This document shows, piece after piece, positions 1-13,781 of a DNA stretch of 64,000 nt (position 1 is the first letter of the stretch; each line of letters begins with the position of its first letter). The stretch lies in assembly GCA_951406725.2 (NCBI GenBank), contig OX597823.1:74896001-74960000 (forward strand), read 5' to 3'. A program made the position numbers and the translations under genes. The notes beneath the pieces are model-generated. The model saw nothing but the letters and a program-made list of their open reading frames with translations, had not been told where the DNA came from and made no database searches. The stretch is from Octopus vulgaris. Its lineage: Eukaryota.

Positions 1-917
1 GTGGTAACGGATGACCCCCAACCCACTCACAACAGACCAACACACAGTCGGCTCGAACCGCTCCCTACAGAAATCAGTCCCCATCCACGCCCCGCCTGAC
101 ACGAAGACAAGCATAAACACACAGGAGCCCCAAAATCCCGCATCCTCGCACTGGGAAAGAAATACTTTGTATTATACAACAGACATAACAAAGAACTATA
201 TAAAGAAATAGAAACATGGGATTCTGCAACTAAAGTGGACACAACAGAGTAAGGGAGTTGACGGAGAACATGCGATGTGCGGTGGTGGAACCGGAGTAAC
301 TGGCAAGATTGAAGAAGTATGAGAAATACTTTAAGTGGTGGAGAAAGAGGATAAACCCAAGTACTATGCCAGAGCGGGTGAGTTATTTTGGCATTCTTGT
401 AAAATATAAAATTGATATATTGAGTAAAAGATAATTAGTTGCTACAAATCGTAATGAAAAAGGTGTTATAAACTGTTTTAAATATGTTGTTGCAAATGGC
501 AATAAAAACGGTGTTGTAACAGATTCAATGAAGTCTTTCTGAGTTGGAGACGAGCAATTTCATTTCATCTTTAATTATATAATTTCATTCATTCCATTCG
601 TTTATTTGTTTTTTGTCCCCACCTTATGCTGTCCCCTCTGCGTAAGGCGTTTATGGCCAAGTTCATAAAATAAAGAAGCTTCCTTCCGGTTGTCTGCGCT
701 GTGTGAGTTGTCATTTTCATTGTTGAAACTCTGTTATTTATTGTAAACTTGTTGAAAATCATTATTGCGAACTTTTGCCTGTTTGCAGGCTGTGTTGGAC
801 TATTTTATTTCTCGGTGTTTAAGGGAATAGTGAAATTTCTGTAGCCATTTGGCAATTGTTTATTCGATTGGATTCTCCAACGGAGTGCATTTTTAAAATA
901 TAGCATTTGTAGGCATG

Positions 918-1262
918 TTGAACTGCGCCCCATTCCCGTTTGGGGATGGGGTTTGAACTGTTGTTCCTATTGCGAGGAATTTATTTTTTGTGCTATGGAA
1001 AATAAAAGGAAACCTGCAATTTTCTTTTGAAAAGTAAAACTTAATTCAGCCGTTTTAGACTTTCTATTTGGGTTGCGCTCACCCCACTGACAGGGGTGGG
1101 ATTTGAACTGTTCTTCCTCTTGAGAGGAAGTAATGTTTTTGAACAGAAAAAAGGAACGGAGTCCTATAATTATTCCTTTGAAAAAAATGAACTGTTTTTC
1201 AACCGTCTTGGGCTCATTGAGCTACGCCTCTTCCTCTGTCAGGGGTGAGTTTGAACTTATTG
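918..1262. repeat. Degenerate ~150-bp tandem repeat (about 2.3 units)
   Basis: GGGG(A)TG(G/A)G-TTTGAACT anchor recurs at 952, 1102 and 1250 (spacing 150 and 148); units 1 and 2 also share the downstream TTCCT..GAGGAA and TTTGAAAA segments. Confidence 0.65.
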
Positions 1263-1794
1263 ATTGCCAAAAAAAAAAAACTCTTGGAATTGTGTTTTTT
1301 TCTTCTTTGTTCGTGTTCATCCCGACCGAAATGCCGGTTGAGATAATAAGAGAAAAATGCTCTCCTACAGAGTATAAGGCTTTGGAGGCTAACGAGCCAC
1401 CAAAAGAAGTCACCGAAAGCTTTGCGGCAGTCGCCACCGTACAGATGGAGAATCTGGAATTCTCATTATGGTAACTTCACGAAATGAAAGGATTACAGAG
1501 GAGAACTGTGAATTAAAAATATCACCTCCCACCAACACAAATGGAAAGATAATAAAAAGACAATTATATTTGAAACGTTCTGTCCATGTATGTATTTATG
1601 TATGTGTGTGTGTGCTATCACGCACTGTGATGTACACACTTACGTACGCATGCATAAACCCACCCACACAAAGACGCACTAACACACACGGAGAGCAAAC
1701 GAAAACACCATTCAGAAACATATTTGATGAATCTCAATTAATGAGACGAAAGCGCTAATAAATATTTATCCAGAATTCTCTATACCATTTTTCC

Positions 1795-1835
<41 letters not shown>

Positions 1836-2434
1836 TGTGCACGTGTGTATGCGTGCGCGTATATGCGTACGCGTGTGTGCGTGTGTCTGTTTTACAAAAC
1901 TAAACGTCCAACATAATCAAAAGTCCGTTAGAACTAAATCGTATAGCTCAAAATAGTAATTACTTTAGTGAAAACGTTTTCATGCACAAGATAAAGAACA
2001 CAGAACTATCATATGATTTTTTTTCCTATGAATATTTGAAAAAATTAGTTTTATAAACTTCTCAAATTCATCCTTCACAAATATACAGTTATTCAAAAGA
2101 AATGGTATTTTACAAACTGATTGCAGTGAATTAGAAGAATGAAAAATAATATGCCATTTTTCAGTAAGAGAATAGCTAATAATGAATTAGATTTTCATGA
2201 AATACAGAATTTAGTCTAATTAGTTGATAGAGGCTTCTCCAATTTTACCATTACATCAACGTAATGCAGCTCTATAGCGTTAATTACGGGAGTGATTCAA
2301 TAACTCTAAACGGATTACACTATAGTCATTCGGCCGCCAGAATTTGAATTATAGTTGTATGATTACTATGAGTGGTACAGAAGTATATAACGTTGGGGCA
2401 GGTTATATATGCACGCAGATACTCACACACATAG

Positions 2435-2481
<47 letters not shown>

Positions 2482-3841
2482 CATACATGTACATATGTAC
2501 ATGTGCTTATATTTATACACACGCTTATGTTTATGTGTGTATATATATGGTGAATCGATGTTTGTATATTCGCATGTTTTTATGTCTGTGAATATCTGTC
2601 TAAAATTATATAATGTAAATATGTTCATTCATCCTTAATGGTGTGCTATTTGAATTTTAAAAGTTGGCTGCTTTTATTTGGGCTAAGTCTCGATTATATT
2701 AAGATCATTTTTGCTGCACTCCATTTCCACTAGATTGTTTTAGTAATTGTAACTCTCGTTCCGCTGATTTTGCGATGCACCTTTCCGAAAGGACGGTCCT
2801 CAAATTCCGTATGTACCCATAATAATGAAACGCATTTTCATTCATATCCTCTCGAAATTGTCATAACTTCCTTACAGCGAAATTATATATTCCTACAGGT
2901 ATTGCATTTAAAGTTTTACCATTTAGTATTCATTTAGGATTAAATAGGAGCCAAATAGGTGTAATATATCAAAATCTACAGACAAAAGGATAAAGAGCAA
3001 CAATAAAAGAACATACATGATATTTGACTAGGTTTTTATTATACGTTTGTTGAGCCCGATTATTTTGCATCTTCTTTTTCATGGTATGCTTTGTGATAAC
3101 TTTATATTTGCGACATCATATTATATAATTGGTAACTTGATAGTTTCCTTTTATATATGGTGCTATCTATAGTGCAACAGAATTGGTTTGTGTGTGTGTG
3201 TGTGTGCGTGTGTGTGTGTGCGTGTGGGTGACTGTGTGTGTGTGTGTGATCCTTATGGATTCGAAAACCGAGTTACCGAATACGACATATGAGCTATCAA
3301 AATATTCAGTTATCTTTCGGCTACCAAATGAATTGTCTTTTGCACAAGTCTTTTTTACTACAAAAATAACCTCGAAACGGAGGTCGGATCGCACAATTTT
3401 GAGGTCTTTAGATAAGGTTGGCAACTATGTGTGTGCCTTTTGTTGTGGAGGAAAATACATTTTCTCAGAATATTTTGCATAACTAAAAAAAATTACAGAT
3501 ATTACTTATTCGAAATCAAGTAGACTGCGATGTACATAGAGTGTTATTGTATAGGGTGAAAGTTCAATATGAAATTTTGAACTCATTTTCATGTGCATAG
3601 TAATCTATTACTTTAGATTTGAAGCTATTAAATCTTTATACATTATTTTACTGGGTTTAGTCTTTCGACTATTTCCGATATGGGGTATCACCTTCAAAAA
3701 TTTAATTTTTCATACGGAACTCAGTACGTATTTCATTCTGGCATTTATTTTATAGATCTGTGCTTGATAAAACTCATAACTTTGAGACATAGTGGGACAC
3801 ACTGTTCGATTTAACAACAAATGTAAACACACATATATTAG

Positions 3842-3990
3842 ATGCAAGAATGACAGTGGTTGCGAAGTTTTCTTCCGAACTACATGGTTCTATGTTCAGT
3901 TCCTCTGTTTGGTACGTTGGGCAGGTTTTTTATGTTATAGCCCTAGGCCAACCACAGACTTCTGAATGAATTTGGTAGGCGTAAACTGCA
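3842..3990 (+). mobile_element. Decayed 5' half of tRNA-derived SINE family 1
   Basis: Aligns by eye to 5773-5925 (ACATGGTTC..GTTCAGT..TTGGGCA..TATAGCCC..GGCC..ATTTGGTAG..AAACTG). Confidence 0.75.
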
Positions 3991-4959
3991 GCATTCTTCA
4001 TCAGGAAAAGAACGAAAGACATGTTTATAAATAAGAGTTGTTTGCTTCATACTAATCGTGTGTGGATTCCGCGCATAAGAAAGGAACAATTGATACAATT
4101 TGGTTGCATTTCTAGTGTTAATATATTAAAATGTCTTCACCAGATAATCTTTGACGGCAACGTATCTGTTCCTCAAGCTATGCAGTCAAACGTGCTGGGT
4201 GAATATAAATTCGTCATTCATTTTTATAACACTTTCCTCAAGCTGCAGGACAAGACTATTTTGAAATCGATTCGTGCATGTTCTACTAATTTTGTTTTAA
4301 ATTTGCGGTGCTTTAGATACCCCATTAGAACAACTAATAATATTCATAAAGAAAAATCGAAAGAAAACTGTATAAAAATTAACAAAATGAAACAATGTGA
4401 ATTTGAAACGTGGTATTTTTTTTTTGGAGATTTAAAACAAATGCTAGTTCGTGTTATGAACAATAATTAGGTCATCATTGAATTTCGATTGGGTTGATAG
4501 ATTTATGTTTCTTTTCCCCAAGCGGTTCTCAAATCTTGAAAATACTTTATTTCTATGAACATGAAATTTGAAAACAAAACAATAAAAATCCAATACAAAT
4601 ATCTTTATATAATAAATTAGTAATTTGCATGGAATAATTTTATTAAAATTGAAGATGTAAATATTGAAACATTATGTAAGTTCAGCATTCGATAATTTCT
4701 ATCTGTGCTAATGTGCAAACTTAGCGATAAAGTTTTATCAGTAAGTTAGTCTTTAAAAAAAAATCAGTCCTTAAAGGTTTATTTTGGTGTAGGATTAAAA
4801 TATAGAAATGAAAGTATAATATTGAATTGAAAACTAGGCAGAAAAGTAAGAGGGAATAGAGAATATTTCCTTGTCTTTAACAATGCATTGTTGCACTCGT
4901 TTTTTGGTTTCTTCTCTCTAGGTTTCCTTTACAAAATGTGTTCATCACCTTAGAATTTG

Positions 4960-5630
4960 ACTAAATATTTCACATCGTTTCAGATATATGGCGATGTAGT
5001 GTCCATTAATGAAAAACAGTCACTTAGGTCAATTACTTCTCTTCGAATTCTATCAAAAATACCAGTTGCCAAAACTAAACGGAACAATTTAAACAAAAGC
5101 AAGTTTTCTCGCTTCACGGAGGAGGAATTCGTTCTCAAATGTCTTAATTGAATGGGCTGAACTAGGAAAATTTGTAAGATTTCAATTCATTAGCGAATTC
5201 TTTCATGATACTTAGGCTCATGACCTTTAATCGACGGTTAAGGTTCAAAAAGTCGGTGTATGCGTTGCTCATCATCTCAATGAAAATGCCATCAGTTTGC
5301 TCGGCCTGCACGAGGCTACGGATGGACACATTTAGATACGCTTATTTAGCACGTCTTCAACAGCAAACGGCTCGCTTCTTCAACAAAGCAAAGCTCGATC
5401 GTATGGCACTAGTTCAACAAAATCAGCTATGCAATACGTTTATTGAGTAGTTCTAACACGTCCATCGAATTTTCATTAAATAGCGCATTCACATCGTTTC
5501 AATTTGTTGTCACTCGACAAAAATCTGAGGAATGTTCCTTACAACAACGAACCTCAGAAGCCTTCTTGCTTTTATGGAAAAAAATGCAAAATATGGCGAA
5601 AACGTTCGTTTTTGTCACTCCAAGTTAAAT
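4960..5630. mobile_element. Possible decayed mariner transposase N-terminal remnants
   Basis: Plus-strand peptides HLGQLLLFEFYQK and KFSRFTEEEFVL and minus-strand FHKSKKASE resemble mariner HTH N-termini; heavily frameshifted; no TIRs identified. Confidence 0.3.
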
Positions 5631-5772
5631 GGACACTGAATTAAAAGCAGTGAACAATATTACGTGCAATATTATTTGCATCTAAACTAAGCAAACAGTA
5701 ACAGCCAGCGAATGTCAAAAGGAAATCGTAACAATGACAAAAGTGTTGGAAAAAATCGTACATGTATACATA

Positions 5773-6187
5773 GGCGCTGGAGTGGCTGTGTGGTAAGTAG
5801 CTTGCTAACCAACCACATGGTTCCGGGTTCAGTCCCACTGCGTGGCATCTTGGGCAAGTGTCTTCTGCTATAGCCCCGGGCCGACCAAAGCCTTGTGAGT
5901 GGATTTGGTAGACGGAAACTGAAAGAAGCCTGTCGTATGTATGTATATATATATAAGTGTGTGTGTATATGTTTGTGTGTCTGTGTTTGTCCCCTAGCAT
6001 TGCTTGACAACCGATGCTGGTGTGTTTACATCCCCGTCACTTAGTGGTTCGGCAAATGACACCGATAGAATAAGTACTGGGCTTACAAAGAATAAGTCCC
6101 GGGGTCGATTTGCTCGACTAAAGGCGGTGCTCCAGCATGGCCGCAGTCAAATGACTGAAACAAGTAAAAGAGTAAAGAGTAAAGAGT
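5773..6187 (+). mobile_element. Full-length tRNA-derived SINE, family 1
   Basis: Pol III A-box-like TGGCTGTGTGG and B-box-like GGTTCAGTCCC, internal TA/TG tract, tail AAACAAGTAAAAGAGTAAAGAG; closely similar inverted copy at 27290-27707. Confidence 0.93.
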
Positions 6188-7063
6188 TACCAAAAACGAA
6201 ATTACTTTCTTGCCAACCTAATTTAATGTGATATTCATTCCGCTAAATGTTCGTATAGGGTCATTCCTCTAATAGGTGACAGCGAAATTCTGAAATAGTT
6301 TTATCAACGAGCAACGATAAAATTCCACGAGCATATATATGTAATAGTTCGCAAGATTGTTTCACTCAGTTTTTTAAGATATAATTTTGCAAATTGGTAT
6401 CTAGATCTTTATCTATCTTTGTGAAACGTCATTGTTTGATCTGAACCAACAATGTCGAATAAAAGTAAAACACTGGTGTAAAAGAATATTTAATTTCCAT
6501 GGGGTTGTAATGATATGACGTGTTGCTAACGTGGTGTTAAGTTAATATAAATACCCGTGCTATGTTTAAGTGCATGATTAACTGCTGTGTAATTATTACA
6601 TAAGTTATTTTGCTGCGCAGTAAACTAAGACGATATCCATCAGTTTAAATATAATGTAAAGAACCCAGAAGGTTATGCCCTACTTCGTTTTACTTGCTTT
6701 AAATATTTAAAAGTTGTTTTAGTATTCATTCATGTTTGCTCATACCCATGTCCTTTAAACTGCTTCAAACCAGGGCACACCTCTTTAACTTTTCGCATTC
6801 AGTTATTACACTGAACGTATGTATCTGAAAATAAGTAACAACTGATCTCATAATTAATCCTGTAGATACTCATTTTCCATCTCACATCCTGCTTTAAACT
6901 AATTAGTGATCTGTTTCACTGCTGTTTGTATATACAATTGGGTGTTCTTTCGCCCAAAGATGGGGACAGATTATGTTATCGAAATTAGGATTTGCATGGC
7001 AGTTTGTTTTTTATTGCACTCCTAACCGTTTCTATGTCATTGCAGGAATATTATACTGTAGAA

Positions 7064-7285
7064 AGTGTGGAGGCACTTGGTTTAGTGGTTAGGAGTGTTG
7101 CACTCGTGCTCATACGACTTCGGTTTCGATTTCTGGACGGGGCGATGCGCGGGATTCTTGAGCAAAACATTTCATTTCACATAGCTCCTGTTCACTCAGC
7201 AAAAAGATTGTGTAATCCTGAGGCGAACAGGCATCACTGTCTATGGGGTGATATGTACGCCACAGAATTAAATATCTTAATATAA
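7064..7285 (+). mobile_element. Decayed tRNA-derived SINE, family 3
   Basis: A-box TGGTTTAGTGG, B-box GGTTTCGATTTC, followed by a TTCTTGAGCAAAACATTTC central-domain-like segment. Confidence 0.6.
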
Positions 7286-7558
7286 GCCAGGTGTAGGGCA
7301 CTAAATACTTACACGAATAGGATCGGTGAACATTTTTTCTAAAACCATCCAATTCTGCGTATTCTAAAATGATAACTTATAGAGTATAACGAAAATGGCG
7401 AAATCGCGCCTCTAGAATTACAGTACATTCTGTTCTGTTCAACAGCAAATATAATCATACGTGGGTACACATCTACCAATGTCAGAGTGTTAGGCCATTA
7501 CAGAATTGAATTTTTATGATAATAATCGACGACAAAATATTTGATTATATTGAAGTTA

Positions 7559-7559
<1 letters not shown>

Positions 7560-7646
<87 letters not shown>
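7560..7646. repeat. (TA)n-(TG)n compound microsatellite
   Basis: Read directly from the sequence. Confidence 0.98.
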
Positions 7647-7647
<1 letters not shown>

Positions 7648-9989
7648 GAATTGACAATTTGTTAACTTGATAGATTCACATGTGATGGCGAACAGGAATG
7701 TGGTATATGAAATGATATTTAGGCACTCTATGCCGCGGAAACGTGTAAAACATCAGGTTTAGTGTTAGCATAACTTGCACAGACCTAACGCTAAATGCGT
7801 TAGAGCTGACAGATTGCAATTTATTTAGTGAAGAAATAATTGAATGTTATTATGCAATATGCTTTCAAAAATGTTATCAAATAAAACTCGGCTCAGTATG
7901 TTGTTTGCTTTACAACACCTGAACATGATGGAATTAACGAGGCTACAAATTCACATAAAGATATCACCTTATTTCAATGAGTCCATTACATTATAAAACG
8001 ACCGGAATTAAAGGTGTCAATATCCTCTTATGTATTTTTTAAATATGAAATGAACAAGGTACGTATTGGTAGCGACGGTGTACTTGGCGGCGAATGGAGA
8101 AATATGTAACAAACATTACAAAACGTATATAAATTACTATAAAGGATTTGTAACAATAGCAATAGAATATTAGCACGGAAACTGGATATTTCAATTCGTT
8201 CAAAGCCGACACGAACAACGTGAGTAGACGAGAGGGCTGAAACGTTTTAGAAACGTGCAAATGGATTATTTATATCGATTCTTCATTTCACGCACGATTC
8301 GTGAATCAAATATCAATATTCCGTTCAAAAGAAGACCTTTTTGTTCCGTTACAAGATGTTAGTAAATTTATTTTTGTTATCGCGTCACGCTCAGTTCTTC
8401 CTAGTCACGTCATTCCATCCTCTAAATTTAACCTACTGGCGTTGTACGACTTATTTACTGATTAGTAAATATAATTAATACATACAACAGGCAATATGTC
8501 AGATTAGGTATGTTCGTATTGGGCCGTTGATTACCATTTCAATCCATTCATATAAACACTATCTCTATCTGCTTGTACACATTCCATTTAGCAATTATAT
8601 ACTCTCACGCGACAGTACGCTCATATATTTCATATATGTGTGTAATGTATGCGTGTCTATTTATATAACTATTCCGCTCATCTCATGAGACAATAAATGA
8701 TTATAATTATTTCTAGGTTCAATTGTCAAATCGTTGCACATGTCATACTTTCTGCAGTGCTATGGTGTGACCTATGATCAGCGGTTGAACATTACACGTA
8801 AAATACTGCTTGAAACAAAAGAACAGCCCACAAAGGAAATATGTTTCTTCCCACACGTTTTACTACTCTGTTTTTTCTGTGCGACAAATTCACCCCGGCT
8901 GTTGGAAGAGAGTACATAGATCTGGAGACGATAGAAAAGAAGTAGTTTTCCATTTTAATAATGAATACGTCGACGATTACTTACAGGTCGTGACCGAAAT
9001 ACAGAGTATTTGATGGTCGTATCCACTGCATTATAAATTATGGTAGAAGTGAATAGAGTATATTTCTAATCTTTGGTTCACACACAAAAGTGTGGGTGTA
9101 CAGCCATTAACAAAGACAAAGTGAAAAGGAGAAGGTGGAGAAAGAAAAAGAAGAGAATGACAGAAGAAGAAAGTAAGTGGAACTGAGCGTATAAGTGTGC
9201 GATGACATTTTTGTAGTTCTACGTTCATCTGTTTTTGTTATTATATTATAGTGATTGCTAACCCTCAAAACACAAATCGCTGGAAATGCGTTTTACATCA
9301 ACAAAGTAATTCTATATTCGTTAAAGGATTATCCATTTACGGGATGGTCAAACATCTTTCATTTTTTTTCTCAGATGGCTATTGCACCGAAATCTCCAAA
9401 GACTTTAAAGCCTTGAAATATATCAAGAAGGATATTCACTTTATTTTACACACTATGGTTGCTAAGATTCCATGAATGGTGCTGTAACACGCAATCATAT
9501 AGTAAACACAAATTCTTCATCTACCCCTGCTGCCTAATTTATTGAAACCTGAAAATCTTCACTGGCAACTTAATGATTAAAAGAAACCAGAACAATATTA
9601 TGGAATTCAGGCTGTCATCAAATATAATACATATTTTAATGATGTCAATGCTTAAGGTACTACAAATAAACCATTAAACTGGTTATGGTAACATTTACCC
9701 GATTAATATAATCTACTCCCTCCTGGAAACACGTATGTATTTCATCTTCAGGGGTAATAAAAAGAATCTATATTTTGATTGTATTTGCCTTACATCACAA
9801 AAATTTAATTTTATTTTCATACTTAATATTGGAAGCAATCTATATGAAATGCTGTAGGCAATCATGTGTCCCTAGGGCCAATCCCATTGCGTGATATGTG
9901 AGTGACATTGTGTCCGCGAAAAACTAGTGGAAGTCCAGCTGCATGATTGTATTGGTAATTCAGTGTAATGCAATGGACAACAGTAATAA

Positions 9990-10200
9990 TAATTTCAAAA
10001 ATTGGCAGAAAGCCATCAATTGTTATGGGAGTGGGTGTAAATCAATTACATCGATCCCAGTATTGAAATGGTACATATTTTATCGAGCCCAAAAGGATGG
10101 AAGGCAAAATCAACATCGATGGTATTTGAACTCAAAATGTAAAGACGAATGAAATGGTTCTAAGAATTTTTCCCGGCATTGTAAAGATTCTCGCCGTCGT
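9990..10200 (-). mobile_element. tRNA-derived SINE family 2 (Meta-domain-like core) with 18-bp target-site duplication
   Basis: Minus strand reads GCCTTCCATCCTTTTGGGCTCGATAAAATATGTACC; flanked by AATGGACAACAGTAATAA (9972-9989) and AATGGACAGCAGTAATAA (10201-10218). Confidence 0.8.
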
Positions 10201-10392
10201 AATGGACAGCAGTAATAACAGCTGGAGTTTACGTTATTGATTCACGCAAAATTTATATAATTAAATGTGAAGATTATTCAGTTGCGCGAACATCTGGTCT
10301 AAAATCGTGGGAGATATTATGATAGCAGATAGTTATATAATTTTCATGACTTAGTAAATGGCTTGAGTATGTAATTATTCAAGTGGTGTTTT

Positions 10393-10437
<45 letters not shown>

Positions 10438-10842
10438 GTGTGTGTCTGTGCGTGCGTGTATCTTTTTGCACACGCCTTCAGTTTTTAATTGTTATATGCC
10501 GCATACATTGTTCTCATTTTTGAGCGAAAACTTCATTGTTGTTCGATATAGCTATGCTGATTTAATAAGTTTTCTTTTCTTTAGAATTTCGAACGAATCA
10601 CTTTCTTGCATCAATATTTTCTAGTTGAATTTTATTACCTGATATTTTGTACCATACCTACATTCAGAACGTTCTCTCAGGCAAATAGAATTTAAGCCAA
10701 CAAAGAGACCCAGATACGAGAAAGATAAAGAAAAATCACGATTCACTATGTAACACGAATTTTTATCCTTCGGTAGCAACTGTTATGTCCTATTTACCCA
10801 TAGAAAGTATGGAAATGGCTATTTCCTTCAAATTTTGCTTTT

Positions 10843-11012
10843 GTGATATTTATTCAGAGTTAATGAATCCCTATCAACAAGTGGCTATAGTGCTCCGACA
10901 ATACTCTTGATTAGATATGCACATATTGCCAGCCGCTTAGGGACATGCTCAATTGGTTAAGGTCAAGCGACTGACAAGCATGTCTATGGTATTGAGCAGG
11001 ATATTTGCTATA
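10843..11012 (-). mobile_element. Fragment of the interspersed element seen at 34286-34715 (opposite orientation)
   Basis: ATGCACATATTGCCAGCCGCTTAGGGACATGCTC..CTGACAAGCA matches the reverse complement of about 34290-34440. Confidence 0.75.
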
Positions 11013-13101
11013 ACGTATTTCTGCTTCAGCGATGAATATGTATGAAATGAATGGAAAATAGGTCAGTTTCCAAACATTAATGTGCAGGTCACAAAAACGA
11101 ATTTGACAGGTATAGTACACATTTCCTTTGATTTCTAGATTGAAGGAAATAAGAAATACCATTTATATCTACGCAGTGTCGTGGAAAATTCGACACTCAC
11201 ACAGATGCAACTGCATGCGTTTATTGACCGCTTGATGAACTGTTGCATTCCCACTGGGGACAGTTTCGAAGCCTGATTGACTTTAGCATTGATCTAATCA
11301 AAACTAGTTAACATTTTCTTTAAATCGTCCTTAGAAATCTGGTGATTTATTTTGACACAGAGAAGTTGAAATTTTTGGATCATAAAACACTGTACAATAC
11401 AGGGACTACGGGTAACACTATCCCGCATTAGCATGATCGCAAAATCTTATCACAAAAGTTGTATTTATCTAATTATTTTTACACCTGTGCAAAGGAAAAT
11501 CTTTTACTACATATAATTAAAAAAAGATTTCCTTTGACGCCAGTAGTCGGTAACAATTTGAAAGTTCAAAACAAGGCTTATATTGAGACACTTCATATAC
11601 GTCTTTCTGTATTGTATTACTTGCTACTCGAATTCACTTAGACTATATGTTTAAATAGTGCCTCATTTCCTGAATCGCATTAACCACCACAAAAATCGTA
11701 GCCTGAACACAGGATGAGATATGACGTAACACGATGAGCACACCAAAATATATATTGTGATGATATGTAAGGCATGCATGATTAATGCATTTATGTATCA
11801 GGCTGAGTTCTTCAGGTGTATTACGTACGTATACTAACCTTTGTATTTCTGTTGTCAAAATGACACGATATCGCCCGTACGATGGAAACCATTTAAGATG
11901 TCATGAAAACGTTTATGTTGATACAGTTAACAAATACAATTTTACTCTTTGTTAAAACATTTCAATATAGTTTCTGTAGAAGTCGTGATATAGTATGCAT
12001 TGCAGTATATGATTTTTTTTCTATCATATTCTGCCAAACTGACGATCTATATGTTACTCGTGTTCTGATGCGTTATTGTCATTGAACACAACTTTTGCTA
12101 TGTTAATCCTTGCTTCTTTAGCCTTTCAAGTGATAACTGTCAGGTCACGTTTTTGAATTTTTCGATAGGAAATTTTGACTTTTAAACATTTCTCGCATAA
12201 TTCTTGTGTGAGTGCTTTGAAATTTTCTCCTTTAATGGACATCTAAAATTGAACTGTTTTAAACAAATGTATTAATTTGATAATTGAAATATTTATATCA
12301 GGAAATTTCATGTCTTTACCTGTTAAATTTCGGACTGTTCTTAATGAATAGTTTCTAAGAATGGAGACAAAAACTAGGCAGATAGTAAAGAAAGATTTTA
12401 TTGAAGTTGGTTATATCGAGGCATGGCACCGCTGCAGAAAAAAACATTCGTTGATGGCATGCATGGTCGAATGATTTGTAGTCATTAAAAGAAAAATCCC
12501 TTGTAAAAATATTTTTCCCATCCACTATGGTATCTCTTGAAAGCACTATACCTTAAAATATGAATTGCATTTAATTAGATTTGCATAGTTAATTGCAATA
12601 TATAACAGACTATTGTGCACGTATGAATTTGAACACAGAATCGCAGAGTATCAAAGCAGACAATGCAAATAATTTAGCTTAACACCACACTCTTAAGAAC
12701 ATGCTCACACTTCTACCACAGAATCATGATCATGCTAATAAATCACGTTATTATATTCCTTACTAGTATTCTTCATTTATATTCTGCGTACTGTTTCATA
12801 ATTTATAATTTAGTTATCCTACAGTTTAAAAGAAAATACAAAACAATAATATTTTCTCCGCCTTTTTGCTTGATAAATGTGATTTCTTATAACCTTTTAA
12901 CAGGATAAAATTTCTCTCGGTGAATCAAAGAGATATTAACATACCATTTACCGCTTCGCTAGTCTTTTGCTTCCTCCTAATACCGACAGGCACAAATTCA
13001 TATCCTTGCAATATCATTATTATTAATATTTCCATTATTAATCTCGTTGTTGCTGTAATCATAATGACAGTATTTAAAAGTAGTTGTAGTAGCAGCCTCT
13101 G

Positions 13102-13102
<1 letters not shown>

Positions 13103-13181
<79 letters not shown>

Positions 13182-13440
13182 TAATAATAATAACAATAAT
13201 AATAATAATGATAATAATAATAATAATAACAACAACAACAATAATAATAATTATTATTACTAATATCATTATTATTATTGTTGTCGTTGTTGTTGTTGTT
13301 ACACGTAAAATACTGCTTGAAACAGCTCCTTGAGTCTTGCATGCGCAGTGGGCTTATTACCTGCAGCGTACGGTACCATACTATTCGTTCTTTCCAGCTG
13401 TCTAATACTTCCCTTGTTGTTGTTGTTGTTGTTGTTAGTA

Positions 13441-13510
<70 letters not shown>

Positions 13511-13729
13511 TGTCGCAGCAGCAGCAGCAGTAGTGTTAGTAGTAGGAGGAGGAGTAGTTGTAATAGTAGCAGCAGCAGTAGTAACAGTAGTAGCAGTAGT
13601 AGTAGTAGTAGCAGTAGTAGTAGTTGTCGCAGCAGCAGCAGCAGTAGTGGTAGTAGTAGGAGGAGTAGTAGTTGTAATAGTAGCAGCAGCAGCAGTAGTA
13701 ACAGTAGTAGTAGTAGTAGTAGTAGTAGC

Positions 13730-13762
<33 letters not shown>

Positions 13763-13781
13763 TGTAGTAGTAGTAGTAGTT
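13103..13781. repeat. Compound trinucleotide microsatellite (AAT/TTG/TTA/TAG/CAG) with a ~110-bp unique island
   Basis: Read directly; explains the spurious poly-I/V/T/L ORFs. Confidence 0.97.

Noticed and set aside
520-570. ATGAA-GTCTTT..GGAGAC-GAGCAATTTC as a decayed hammerhead
   Set aside because: Needs too many core changes; indistinguishable from chance
5773-5850. tRNA gene
   Set aside because: The A and B boxes belong to a SINE head; no complete cloverleaf, and it continues into the SINE body
8753-9030. Possible MITE with TGCAGTG..CACTGCA ends
   Set aside because: Only 7 bp of inverted match and no TSD
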